Positions 24,954 to 38,051 of a stretch of 64,000 bases of DNA are shown in pieces. The DNA is from Heptranchias perlo (Eukaryota), in NCBI RefSeq assembly GCF_035084215.1, contig NC_090350.1, positions 24,552,001-24,616,000 of the forward strand, written 5' to 3'. Made by a program: the position numbers and the translations under genes. Numbering within the stretch: the first letter of the stretch is position 1; each line of letters opens with the position of its first letter. Below the pieces are notes generated by a model, which was not told the origin of the DNA, ran no database searches, and worked only from the letters and a program-made list of their open reading frames with translations.

Positions 24954-25150
24954 TGATACATATGGTAATTTCACATCGTTAACTGAACACCAGATGGCCC
25001 CCTGGTGGGAGTAAGCACATTGTAGCAATTACACTCCAGTGCCTTCTCTTGCATTACTTTGTTATTCTTTGATGGAATATTCTGGAGGGTCTGGAAAATA
25101 AAGTAGCTAATTATTACCACACCAATTTGGATGTTTATTCAGATATAACA
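24954..25150 (+). repeat. 3' LTR
   Basis: Follows the polypurine tract. TGATAC...ATAACA termini. Contains AATAAA. Confidence 0.92.
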
Positions 25151-25237
25151 ATGTGAACTTCAATTGACTCACTACTGATGCATTTGACATAGTATGTTAC
25201 CCTGTGCAGCTTTGAATCACCACATCCTCCCTATTTT

Positions 25238-25243
25238 TTTATT
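25238..25243 (-). terminator. Candidate STPG1 polyadenylation signal
   Basis: tttatt on + (AATAAA on -), about 480 nt downstream of the STPG1 stop. Confidence 0.5.
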
Positions 25244-25720
25244 GACATATTAATATGGTTTTACTTTGGAAAATAAATGCAACTTAAGATGTTTTGGTTG
25301 AAATGAAGAAAAATAAATATATCAATATATATATTTAAACCATTAAGCTTTCAATGCATGTATGAATGATGGAAGTAATAGATTAAGTGAAAATTGACTC
25401 GTTGTTAAGTTTGACAGAACACCTGATTCCTACAGAAAACAGTAAGTCATTTTTTTTGGAGGAGAAGCTTTTACACTTCATTAGGAAACAAGTCATCACA
25501 TAATACACACAAGTGAAGCAGCCTTCAATCCAAGGTCAATAATAAACTCAAAAACTTGATTTTGATCACTTTTTTCCACAATACAATTATTCTGCCCTGT
25601 TCATTACCACCCAAAGCACAGCACTCATCTTCATGTGTGCAATATAAACTGATTTGCAGTATAATCATTGGCCATCCCATCTGTCCCTGTGTGGGCTTCT
25701 GCTTGTTTTTCCGTAAATGT

Positions 25721-25794
25721 CTAGAGTGGCACCCACTTTCTATCAATGTTGTACAGGAACGATTGTTTTCCTCGTTTCTCTGGCAGATAGGAAG
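25721..25794 (-). CDS. STPG1: STPG1 terminal coding exon (A-SYLPEKRGKQSFLYNIDRKWVPL*)
   Basis: Acceptor ctgcatcccacag|, phase 1, TAG stop. Matches the STPG1 C-terminus GKQSFLYNxDxKWxP. Confidence 0.95.
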
Positions 25795-28700
25795 CTGTGG
25801 GATGCAGAACAGATAAATATCACCACATGAGAGCATGTTTGGAGATGCTTTAATTAGTGTTTGGATTAAGATTTGTTGATAATTATTTCTAGCTTGGCAG
25901 ATATCATATATCATGTGTAAGACAATACTGTTGCCCTGATAGATGGGACTTCAGTGCCCTGAAGTTGTAACTAAGAGAACTGAGATCGAATTGCAGTCCA
26001 GGCTGGTATTTCTACTTAGATTCTGCAAGGATTTGAGTTTTGCCAATCTTGGATTGCTTTAGAGAAGGGAAGGGAAAATACTGTAAGAGCTCATTTCTCC
26101 ACTTTTCAATCTCCTCTCCTGCTTAGATGGACAAGAACTGGCAGCCAGTGGCCATGGAGAATGAGACAGAATATGGTCCACTCAGTAACCATCATTAAAC
26201 AGTTAAAAAAAACAGTAACAACCCTTGGTTCATCAGATCATACTTTTTCTTTAGCTGGATGTATTATTAATTTAGTTACGTAAATTGGCAAATTATGCAA
26301 AGGTTTGTGTCTGTATGAATAAATAAACATAGAATTCCCATTTGCTTTCTGATAGGGCTGGCTAACCATGTGGTATAAGCTATCACGGACTTAGCAGGCA
26401 ATTAGATCCCGCAGCAGTAACAAAGAATCCAGCCGTGAAGATCCGACTCTAGGACTCAGCTGAATTAGTTTTACTGATAATGAATATACTGTCTATCTAA
26501 CTCACAGCGACAGTTTGTACTTGCCTGATCTTGCATTGGCTGTCAAATGTGGTGCTCAAGATCCAACTGTGCTGCCATTCTCCTCAACCCAACCCAACTC
26601 AACTATACTCGATAGCCTCCCTGTTTCCAAAAGGCCTGACTCTGTAGTCTACTCACACTCTCTCGTCATGACCCAACTTTAGAGCCAGCCTTCTCATCAC
26701 CCATGAACAAAACCATGAAAGTTTTATTTATTAAAATATGTCAATAAGGAATGTGAAGTGTCCACAATCAGACTAGTTTTAATGTGTTCTTGTGTTAGGG
26801 TGAGAGTAGTTTTGGGATGCGTATTTGCCAACAACTGCTGAACAGAAATCTGAACCGGAAGGGAGTCCACCATCATGAGGCTTAAGAAACAAATACCTCA
26901 CCCACAATTAACTTGTTTCACATTTTGGAGATAAATAAGACAGCTATTTATAAAATACATATTTATATGATTTATACAATATGGAAATGCAGGTAGAAAT
27001 TGAACCTCATTGCACCTGTTTTACAATGAGGGCCAATTTCTGGGAACAATGTCCTGCGCCCGATCAGCACCAAGGGTATGGGCGCCGCACTATTGACATA
27101 GGCGGCTGCCCAGGTTCCCGTGCATCTGCCTGAAACAGGGGTTAGGTCCCTTGCATATGTAAAAGAGTGGCCTAATGCCTATTTCTGGACCCCTGCACTA
27201 AGTTGATAAACGTTGAACGGAGAAGGCTTTTTGCCACAGGGCTAATTATGTAGTCCTGTCTTAGTGCCAGCTGGACTGCAATGCATTGTGTGTGCATAGA
27301 GAGTTGACCTTCAAGGTCAGCTCATTTCCACATTTAGAATATACTCCCCGTGAACAATGGAAGGGAGCACATTTGATGTATAAGCAGAATATCCCATCAC
27401 CTATTATTCCTTAAGAGCTGCTAGAAAAAAGTTACAGGGATTGGCCACTTAAAGTAGGTGGCTGCATATTGGGGCAAAAATTCTTTCAGCCTTTTGCTGA
27501 AAATAGTTCCTGAATATTTGACAGTTGTTCCAAAGACTGTATGGTGGGAAAGAATTGGCAGGTAAAAAGCAATTCAAGGAAAACTGAACATGGAGACATG
27601 GAACGCAGTCCTTGTGCAAGTGGCAGAGTGATGCAGCAACCAACCCCCATTTTGGTGGATGGCAAGTTAGACATACAACTGAATGAGGAAAAGGTGTGAG
27701 AGAATGCAGCAAGCTTTTAGGAACCTGGCAAGGTAAGACTGCCCAACAGTGCCATGGACCAAGAATGCATGCCATAAAGTATTACATATCAACCTGTTCC
27801 ATCACACAAACTTACAGCTCTTTCATACCCATATTTCAGCAGGGTACATATATAAGCTGTAACTTGCAATTGAAAGGCTTGAAACAATTACATCTTCTGC
27901 AGGCTTTACTCATCAAATCATTATGACACAATTCAGCTGCATGGTCACTTGCAGACAGGATGGGCTGCAGGTTAGATGCGTATCTGACACCACTTATACA
28001 TCAACTAACAGCACCTGAAGAATACTTCTCTGCTCACATGACAAAATTGTGCCTAATCCAGGGAACTGACCCAAACTGGAGATGGGCTCAGAAATCACAA
28101 GTACTTAACTCCCTTTAATACATCTTGTTTGACTTTAACCATGAAATGCTCTATTTGAGGAATATCCATGCCAAGCCCCACTCATTTACCTTTACTTGCA
28201 CCCACCACAGAATTCTGCACCTTGACACCTTGTGGCTCCCTGAGCTCTTATGAAAGTTGACATTGAAAGAATTCCTTGACATGTGCTCTTTTTTTCATCA
28301 GTTCCTGCACTGCTGAAGTCCTGCAAATGCTTTATTTCCAGTCCACTTTCTTGCAACTTCGCGGACAACAATGGATTATTTTATCAGGACATTTAAAAAC
28401 AAATGTACCGAAATGAATAAATAAAAAATCCCCCAAAAATGATCTCTCAAATACAAATTATTAACAAAAAAAATCAGAAATATTGAATAAGTCTTTTGTG
28501 CTAAAAAGGGTACTGTAATAGAGTTGCAACAAAAAATATACAAAGCTGGGCTCTTTTATATTATACGTGGAGCTCCTCATGTGAACTTACAAAAAAGGTC
28601 TCAGGATAAAAAATGCAATTTTAAGAAAAGTCAGAAAATTTGCCAAAATACAAAATACATTACAGGAGGTTTTAAAATAGAATCTCCTGTAACCCATATT

Positions 28701-30465
28701 TACTTAAAACTTGGCAACATGTAAAGGAAATACCATGGTGTACATCTATCATAGCAGGAACAACAGGGATGCTATTTGCTTATTGTATTTTGTTTGCAAA
28801 TTTTACACTGTTGAATTGTGGTTTAAAATGGCTGGGTTGAGATGTCATACAAGTTTGCAGCACTTTTCAGTTAAAGTGGAGCAGCGAGATATCTCCCTAT
28901 TCTTAAAAACTTATGACAAATCAGCAACAAAAGTTGCAATCTTTTGAAAGATTGTTACAAAGGGAGATCCCTCTGAGTGTCCAACGCAACCTTTTAGAAA
29001 AATTTTCCAAGGCTGACGACTTGCAGAACACACGTCTTCGTGACTGGTGTGAGGGAAGAGTAATAGTGATGTGAATCACGCAAAAATGTTCTAAGGATTA
29101 ATATTTTCTTGTGCATCACAGGTTTACTGCAAACAATTCACTTGTGACTTTACAGAGATGGAAATAAAACTGTGTGGTAATTGTGGGCTGCATTTGTATT
29201 TTACATTCTGGGGATCTATAAACAAAATTTGCCAAAACCTCAGTCAGTACAATTATCGTGATTTACAATTTGTGTTTTATTGGTGTTTAACATATATTGA
29301 CTTTCATTTTGGACTAATGAACCCTGAACTATCATTCTATTAATTTGCAATGATTGTATTACAATCCTTAGTGTTTCAGCGTAGACGTTATCATTGCATC
29401 CTCTATATTACACTCAAATGGAAATAAAGGCTGCAAAAATCTGCAGTGCACCAGGATTGTGCTCGCTCCTGCCGTCCATTGCTGACCCCGCTGGAGTTTG
29501 CAGGGTCAACAGGAGAGCACCTAATTTGAATAGGGCCGGTAGGCACCCATGTCACTAGGAGTACATCGCCAGCGTCTGCCCCATTTTGTCAAAAAAAACA
29601 CCTACTGTGGCCGGGTGGGTGTTGCCTATGTCCATCCAAGACACAACTACCTCCGCTTTGGCCCCCTGTGTGAAATAAGAACGTTCTTACTTCGGGGGTC
29701 AGGCAGCTCCCCTCGTCTATCTCATCCCCACCCTCCCCCCACAAGTGGGGCCCGCTTGCACCCAAATGGAGGCTGGTATGTCTCATCTCACTCAGTTTGC
29801 TGGCCTGCAGTCCTTAGCTGGGTTCCGCCTGAGCCCGGTTTAGGGAGGATCTACCCTCAGGAGTGCCCCTTTCATCACTGGCCTTGTAAGCGGTAGGCAC
29901 AGGTTCTGCCTCATATGGAGTTGCCCAATAATCCTAGAATCAGCAGGGATGCAGAGTAAACAGATGCCTGGATTTACAGCGGATGTCCAGCAGAACTCCT
30001 GAGGAAATTCGCGGCCACAATGTCTATAACTCCATAGTATAAATATTTTAACAAATCTCCCATGGTGCTGCTCACAGTGAGTCAGAGGATGTGCTGTTTT
30101 ATATCACTTACAGGTAGCGTACAGGCTACACGCTAAACTTTTATTGTATTACTAGCATATCTGTGGCATTGTTCATAGTGATTTGTTTATGCCATATAGA
30201 GCATAACATTATGGCCACTGATTTATAGTGACTGGACAAGTCAAATCTGTTTTTGTTACATGGTATTTTAAGATTTTCACCTGTGCTTTGGGGATTAAAT
30301 TCCACAAATCTTTCCATTATTCTGTGAAAACTGTAAATGAGTTGCAATTGTTTTGCATACATTTCTTCACCTAAATGCATTGAATTTTTATCACCTCCAA
30401 TTTTAAAGCTGAGAATGCACATCAAGATGACATACAACATGTATGAGTTGGAGATAAGTATCTGT

Positions 30466-31108
30466 GGGTGGAGTTTCCACTTACTAATGCTAATAATATC
30501 AGGGCAATCCGGGCAGAATCGGCCAAACCAGCGCAAAAGATCGGGGAATTTTAAACCTGAGTTATGCCCAAAACTACTTACATTCATGTTTTCTGTGAGC
30601 TCTTACGCTGGTTCATGATTCAATTCATCTGATCAGGCCCTGCCCACAAAACTGGCCACGCCCCCATGTCAAAATTGCAAGATTCTGCCAATTGTGCTGG
30701 TTAGGGAAGGCTCTTCAAATTGCGTTCATTTTCCTGGGCGCACAGGCACGGCGAGTAAGGACGTTTTAAAAGTTTCTTCATACCAAAAAATATTTAATTT
30801 ACTAAGAAACTAACTAATGTACACCAATGAAACTAATAAATGGTTCGGTATAGTTTTTTAAAGTCATTTTCAGTGATTTTAAATCAGGTTACTCACAGGT
30901 GGAGGACTGGACACCCTTATTAAAATGCTTGTTTTTGTTGATAAACCCATTTTCAGCTGTGTTAGTAAAACTGCACCAGGTTACCACTCTTAAATACATC
31001 AAGGAATACTTTTTAATGGAAAGAAATAAAAAGAAATGATTACGTTCTATTATGCTGTCCGATTGCGCTGGTTCATGGAGGAAGATTTTACGTATGTGAT
31101 TGTGCAAA
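30466..31108. mobile_element. Non-autonomous DNA element
   Basis: Approximate inverted termini gggtggagtttccac / gtggaaacttgaac. CpG-richer than flanks. Confidence 0.45.
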
Positions 31109-31583
31109 TAGCTTAGTGGAAACTTGAACTGTAACCTAACCAGCGCAATTACAAGCCCATTTTCGGTGCAATTTCCTGATTACGCCCAAAGCAGGTGTTT
31201 AGCAGCAGTGGGGTGGGGGTTGGGCTTAACTGCCAGTTTTGGGACTCCCGTCTCCATCTCCTCATGTAAGGGGTGGGTGAAGGTTTCACCCCTTACAAGG
31301 CCCACGGTAGTCCCAACGTAAGGCTGGAGCCCAGCGTATCCAGGTCCCATCCTAATTTCAGGCCCATCTGATGTACTTCTGGATTACGGGAGGAGTACTA
31401 GAAGGGCTGCAGATTTCCGCCTCTGTGTTTGTAAGTCATTGGAAGTTTAACCGTGATTTCTGACATCATCTGCATTCCCCTGTGTGCATTGCAGCCTTCA
31501 AACACAGTGCCAGCCATCTATTTTTTTTAATTACAATATCATGCTATTTCTGTTCCTTATCTCTAATAGCCATAATCTCCTAC

Positions 31584-31774
31584 CTGGCCCTGGTACATCT
31601 TTGTTATGGACATTTCCAGTCCAGCGGCTAGTGTTAGACACAAACACAGCATTGGACATGTAGTGCTTGGGTGGATCATGAAAGTCTACAGTGTCATAAT
31701 ACCCAGGGCCAGGAGGAGTCGGGTTTCTGCGTACTGGGAAGGGAGGAGCAGAAATACACATGTAATGTTTCTTC
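31584..31774 (-). CDS. STPG1: STPG1 coding exon 7 (KKHYMCISAPPFPVRRNPTPPGPGYYDTVDFHDPPKHYMSNAVFVSNTSRWTGNVHNKDVPGP)
   Basis: atcttttctag| ... |gtagga. PGPGxY repeat and FVSNTSRWT motif of STPG1. Confidence 0.96.
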
Positions 31775-34261
31775 CTAGAAAAGATAAATTGTAAAGAACA
31801 ATATGAGAAGTAACAAACATTTTGCTAAATGATACTAAATCTATGTTATAAAAACAGTAAATTACACCTAGTGATTTATATATTCCTCTTGTGAAGCTGA
31901 GCACAACTCATTTTATGATGGTTGTGAGATAACCACTCAGCCTCAGTTGCGGAATTTATCATGTTTGATGCCTGGCCATGACACGTTCTCCAGATAACGA
32001 ATTATAATCTGCAAAAACACTGGTTGTTTAGATCGTTAATGCCAGTCATCAAAATGGTTAATCCTCCACTCCACTGAGTTCCTGATCTCAGCCACGCTAC
32101 TATAGGGAATTGTCCAGCAGAGCCCTGTGCCTTGAAAATCCCCCTTTGAGGGGGGCTGTTCTGCCAGTCTCCTGCTGGTTGTGTGTTTCCGTGACTTTCT
32201 GACATGTCTTGTAAGGGGCAGTTCCTCTGTTCGGCCCTTATAAGGCAAATGTGGTCAGGGGGGTGAAAATTCCCAACACTAGGAGGTCCCGCTTCCCTGG
32301 GTCAGTCAGGATTTGGCATATCTCTGGATGCTGGTACACCAAGAGAGTTGAGGCCTACTGGCCTGAGATGGGTGAAAGTCGACCCCACCAGTGGAATCTA
32401 GGCTAGGAAAATGATCTGGATCCCAAAGGAAGGGCTATTTTTAAAAAAACAGTTTTGTGATCGGCCCCCTGACACAGAGGGAGACATGTGTTTCCCTCCA
32501 TGGTGGGCAGGCACCAGATTTTCTGGCCAGGTGGGCATCAAAGTTGTGGCTGTCTGTCCCATGTAAATTAGATGCCCTCTCACTAACCACACAAACTGCA
32601 GATGGGTTTAGCGCTGCAGAACAGGCATGATCTCGGCTAACTGTCGGGAATGTGTCCTAAGAAATTTCAGGGCCCTAATGTCTCTCTGCTGCGGGAAGGT
32701 AAATCAGACGTGGAGTCTCTACTTGGCTGTTATCACAAAGAGGGGCATTGCAAGCAGCCTGGGATCGCCCACATAGAGGATGGAGTCACTAACTACAGAA
32801 TAAAGTTGGGAGTAAAATATGTCTACATGCTGTAAAGGCAAACACACGTAAATTATATCATCATATTCATCAGAAGCATGTTCATTTTGTTGGAGTGAAT
32901 ACTTTCATTGTTCATTGAAGTGAAAACATTGCTACAGTATACATACAGCGAACTGATTGCTGCAACATGTTTAAAGACTAAGATTTCAGAGATCATTCAC
33001 ACCCATTGAACAAACAAGATGGCCCACCAGCATAGCAACATGAAGTTTGAGGGATTTTTCCTTTGTGCAAAAACCATCGGAATTTATTTGTGTGTAGTGC
33101 TTGTAAGCTTCCAATTCATGAAAGAAAATTACATCACTGTGAAATAAAGCCCTAGGTTTTCTGTCCCGGTACCAATTTCAGGTGGTAATGGGACAGGTGA
33201 GGATGAGAAATTCTCCAGGGAGCCATTCAGCTGGCTCCATGCCGGTCACTGCGACTTCCAGTGTTTTCTATCCGAAGTGATGGCAGCCATTGAATATATT
33301 GCCCAAGTGTGGTAGAGCATATTCAAATGACACAGTAATGATGGAGAAAAAGTCTGCCAATGTATTTCCTGTCATTAGTGCCACAGCAATGCTGGACACT
33401 AGGAACACCAGCGTGTTCCTGACACCCAGAGTTGCTATGGTAGGTGGAAGGGGATTTAAAATTTGAATGCCCACCAAAGGACTAATTCATCATATAAGTG
33501 GAGCTCCTCACCAGCTGGCCCAGAGGCAGCCAGTCCCATTCACTGCTCCAGACACTCAAGGCCTATGTACCTTTTTTGGACACCTACATACCTTTGCTCT
33601 TTCACAGCTCCGTCTCTCACTATTAAGAAAATATTCCGATTTGTCTTTCTCGGATCCAAAGTGAATGACCTCACACTGCTACATTGAACACTATCTGGCA
33701 TAGTTTTGCCTACTCACTTAGTCTGTTAATGTCCCTTTGTAACTTGCTTCTCCCATCTACACAATTTAGGATGCTTCCTAACTTAAATTGTTTATTGGTT
33801 CATTATTGCTGCTGGCATCCTTGTCATTGATGTCTCCATGGCCTCCAAACTTCCCATTAATCAATTCCTGGCTCCTGCAATCCTCTGCCCTCTCTGCCAT
33901 CAATGCCTACTATGGGTGACCATTTGCCATCAATGCATCTCAACCTCCACAGTTTCACATTCTACAATCGATGCCTTGCTTGGCTGCCTCTGATTTTCCA
34001 CTGCTTCTGCTCCAAAACAAGTAACTTTTATGAAAACAGGCCCAGGCATGACACCTGCTTTAAGATGTTACTTTAAAACAGGGCAGATGGTTGTGTTTAA
34101 CTTAAAAAAAGTACTGGTGACTCATGGTGGCTGTGTTTTAAAAAAATGAAAAGGATGTTTGGGAAAAGATGGTAGAAGAGTGTATGGCCAGGACTTATAA
34201 ATGCCAATTATTGAACTGTGAGTTTATTTTGCATGCACACTTATTGGGCTGTGAATATTTT

Positions 34262-34760
34262 ATATGTTCACATATGTTACTGTGTATTTGTTTTTGGAAG
34301 CTCACATTCTGCATTGTACATTTGTTTTAGATTCTCACATACTGCATTGTACATTTTGTTTTAGATGTTCAAATACTGCACTATACATTTTATTTTAAAT
34401 GCTCACATAATGTATTATGCATTTGTTTCAGATGCTTACACACTGCACTGTACAATTTGGTTTTGTTAGCTTGTGTACTGCACTGTCTATTTAAATAGGA
34501 AAATAGGAACATAGGTCAATTGACATTTTCAAGACTGAGATCGATAGATTTTTGTTAGGTAAGGGTATCAAGGGATATGGAGCAAAGGCAGGCAAATGGA
34601 GTTGAAGTACAGTTCAACCATGATCTAATTGAAGGGCAGAATAGGCTTGAAGGGCTGAATGGCCTACTCCTGTTCCTATGTTACACATATTGCATTGTGC
34701 ATCTGTTTTAGATTCTCACACACTGCATTGTGCCTTTGTTCTGGGTACTCATGTATACCA
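34262..34760. repeat. Degenerate ~33-bp minisatellite interrupted by a CR1 tail
   Basis: About 6 units of (atgctcacatactgcattgtacatttgttttag)-like sequence at 34262-34490, and about 2 more after 34681. Confidence 0.8.
34513..34682 (+). mobile_element. CR1 LINE 3' tail fragment
   Basis: ttttcaagactgagatcgatagatttttgttaggtaagggtatcaagggatatgg...aatggcctactcctgttcctatg is homologous to the 3' end of the CR1 at 6408-6580. Confidence 0.85.
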
Positions 34761-34954
34761 TGGGCCAAAATTACTCTGCGCAGACAGTGTTAATTTTACC
34801 CCCCACCCTCTTATTTAACAGACTCAGAGGATGCACAACTTTGCACTTTCCGAAAGCTCAGAATCTGTATACTAATTTTTCTCACAATCAGACAAGTACA
34901 TTTTGCTACGTTCACCTATCTGGCAACCACTCAAATGGAGTCAGTCACACGTAC

Positions 34955-35135
34955 CAAGGATGCAAATGTGCGAATTGCATCTTGTCTTGTACCATTGGTT
35001 TATATGGTTGATAGGTTGCTGGTCCTGGGCTTGTTGAGACATTTGGATACTTCAAGCGGATTGTCTTGGATCTAAAAGAAGAGACTATGATCTTTGGTGA
35101 CTCTTTGGTCAAAGAATGGTTGATTCTGTAATGAC
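34955..35135 (-). CDS. STPG1: STPG1 coding exon 6 (HYRINHSLTKESPKIIVSSFRSKTIRLKYPNVSTSPGPATYQPYKPMVQDKMQFAHLHP)
   Basis: ttcttttccag| ... |gtacgt. Phase 1 in, phase 2 out. HYxINxSL...FxSKT...PGP motifs. Confidence 0.93.
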
Positions 35136-36280
35136 CTGGAAAAGAATTTCACAGCTGACACAGAACATTAGTGGTGATGATACAGTTCACAGGTGTGCAA
35201 AAACAAATGCTCTTCACTATTTATTGACCTGGATAACTGTAACAAAAGAAACTTGTTATACATAGAGCTTTTATCAAAACTGGGAAAACTCTTTGGCCTA
35301 ATGCATTGCTTTGTTACCTGAGACACACAGAGACCTGAGGTAGATTTCCGTGTTCAGCAACCTGATTGCTTCATCTACAGATAAGCAATAAATGCTGGCG
35401 TGCCAGTGTCACCCACATCCCAAGAACAAAAAAAAAGAAAACTGGCAACTTTCTACTGTTCTCCTGAGATGTTTTATCAACCTTTCAATAATACGGGTTA
35501 ACCACTATAATCTGTGTATGAACAGCCCAGCAACATAGATGAAAGGGTCAGATAATAACATTGTCAACTTAGTACCACTTTGGACCAAATTATGGGAATT
35601 TTGTGTTGTGGGCTTCAACCTACAAAGAACTGGTTTGAAACCACACAAAGCATCATCAGAATGAGAGAGAAAGAAAAAAGGCTTGCAACCTGTCAGTGAG
35701 GTTTGGATTTTTACTCAGGCCCTTGAGATGAAATGAAATTTGTCTAACTCACTTCACTACCCTGTTCTGTGAGATCACTTACAAAAAAAGATTTCCACAG
35801 AGGAGTTTTTATTGGAGATTTACAGTGGGTTTTGCTCAGTGGGAAAGGGCCAATGATCTTTATCCTTTGTTCAGTTCTCCCCACAGCTTTGTAGCTCCTT
35901 TTACTGAACCAGAAATAATGTAGAGCAGTGTTAATTTTTTTTTATTCGTTCACGGGATGTGGGCGTCGCTGGTGCCTTATTTTCACACATAAAGGATACT
36001 ATGAAGTAATGGCAATTTTGTGACAAAAGATCCACTTCCATTTTAGCAAAAATGATGAAAAAATAGGGATGTTGGAACAAAATAAATTACAAACCAAACC
36101 TCGGTAGTTTGATCGCAATAGATAAAGATGTGCTGTGGATCAAACCTTAATTATTATTTCCAACTTCCTCAATGGTTCAGCGAGTTTCTCCAGTGAGTAA
36201 CAATGCAGTCTTGTCATATTTATGCACAAACCAACTGAGCACAGACTATTCCATTGTATTCAAAAGATGTGCATACTTAC

Positions 36281-36392
36281 ATGGGGAGGGTATCTTCAAT
36301 GTCCCTGGTGGAACTATGTCTCTCCGGGTTTTTGACAAAAATGCTGATTCAGCAGAGACATTGTTCATTTTCCCAAGATAAACATTAGAAAC
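36281..36392 (-). CDS. STPG1: STPG1 coding exon 5 (VSNVYLGKMNNVSAESAFLSKTRRDIVPPGTLKIPSP)
   Basis: ctctttctccag| ... |gtaagt. Phase 0 in, phase 1 out. NNV...FxSKTxR motif. Confidence 0.92.
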
Positions 36393-36900
36393 CTGGAGAA
36401 AGAGTTGTACAAATTAGATTGAATTCCTTCTGTACATAAAACTATTTTGAATGGATGTATGACATTTCTATCCCCTCCCCCATCTGTTGCATTGAAGACA
36501 TAATTTGAGCCAAATTGAATTTTCAGTATTAAAGGGCAACATAGTGTTAACTGTATTATTGGAAATAATATGAATGTTCACTTTGCATTCATTTGTACGA
36601 ACCAATTAGTGCAAGAATTGCAAGAATCTTCCCCCCACCTTGGATTTCTGCAGATTAGAATAATAGCATTAAGCCATTTTTTCTTCAGAATTAATCTTAT
36701 CTCTGGTACAGTAGCCAGTCAAATTTTACTTACTTTACTTAAACAAAGCTAATTACACAGAGCAGACATGGCTGCCATGTTGCGGTTTCATGTTACAAAA
36801 TCATATGCATACTGTTACAGATTTCAGGCCTGCTTTAGATATTCTCTAAGGGTCAGTGCCACTGCTCTCTCCCATAAGCGGATCCTGTGTCCCTCATAGA

Positions 36901-37218
36901 AAAAAGAAAGAACTTTCATTTATATAGCACCTTTCACAGCCTCAAGATGTCCCAAATGACTGTCCAATCAATGAAATACTTTTTAAGTCTATTCACTATT
37001 GCAATGTTGGGAAACGCAACAGCCAATTTATGCACAACAAGATCCCACAAACATAAGGTATAAATATTGGCCAGGACAGCTGAAGAACTCCTCTGTTCTT
37101 CTTTAAATAATGCTGTGGGATATTTTAAGCCCACCTGAAAGAGCAGTTTAATGTCTCATCTGAAAGATGGCACCTCCGACAGTGTAGCACTTCCTCAGTA
37201 CTACACTGAAGTATCAGG
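36901..37218 (-). mobile_element. Deu-domain SINE (SacSINE1/AmnSINE1-like), partial
   Basis: Reverse complement of the SINE at 48843-49290. Confidence 0.85.
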
Positions 37219-38051
37219 CGAGATACTTATGATCAGGAGGTTACCTTTGCTGCGCAATATATAGTCATATGATAGGTGATCCGGGGATTGTAACAATGAA
37301 ACTCCAAGTTAGATGAACTAAATACTGTAATCACACACATCCCTTCATCTGCGCTTCTCTGAACTTCTGAAAGGCAGATTGGTTATTACTTTAGTAAGAC
37401 GAGGCTGAAGGTAAATCAACAAACTGGTTTATTTTGTAATTGTTAAGCGAACAAGTACAGTAACATTTTTAGTAAATCTCATCGTATTTCAACTTAATTC
37501 AGTATCACTCCTCTTAACAAAGAAAATAATAATTAAATATGCCCAATGTCCCTGCCAGCAGGCTAAATACCACTTTACTGGTTAATAATTACACTGATCC
37601 TGATTGGCTGTATCTTAAGGAAGTCATGCTTGCTCTCTGTCTCTCTCAACAGATCGTCTCAAAACATTGTTCCAGACCTTGAGCTCAGCTGCTTTTTTGA
37701 TGCCTAACTGGGCAGGAAACCAGCAGCGTGACTTTTGATCCGCTCCCACCTCTCTGTATCCAGGGATTGGCCAGTATGACTGCCAATTAAATCAGCTACT
37801 GCCCTCCTGGGTGAGGTTCCTTAGAAACTACCCCTGCTGTTCTCAAATGAACAGGTCCATCCTGACATAATGGGAGTCATTTTAACTTTTATCGCTGGGT
37901 GAAAAACAGATGATGGCAAATCAGCAGTCGGTTTTACACATCTCTCGATTTTATTTTCCATTGACTCTCTGAAGCAATAGTTTAAAGCCACTTAACACCC
38001 TATTCACTCCAGTTGTGCCATCAGACATGTTAAGCAGATTGTTGTGAACTG

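Larger units (their letters stand above)
22258..25150 (+). mobile_element. Internally deleted Gypsy (Ty3-like) LTR retrotransposon, about 2.9 kb
   Basis: Two 197-bp LTRs with TG...CA ends, PPT gagggggggaaag before the 3' LTR, and a decayed PBS. Gag remnant EYVERFNFYFEANE...LLLTNCGPETYALIKNLIAP. Protease-region remnant LKTYSGHPI...SLMGLD. RT start PRAVPYAQKERI. Pol C-terminus RYPQRSRKPP. Confidence 0.92.

Noticed and set aside
34262-34760. CRISPR-like array
   Set aside because: Units are degenerate tandem copies without unique spacers, in a vertebrate intron with no cas genes.
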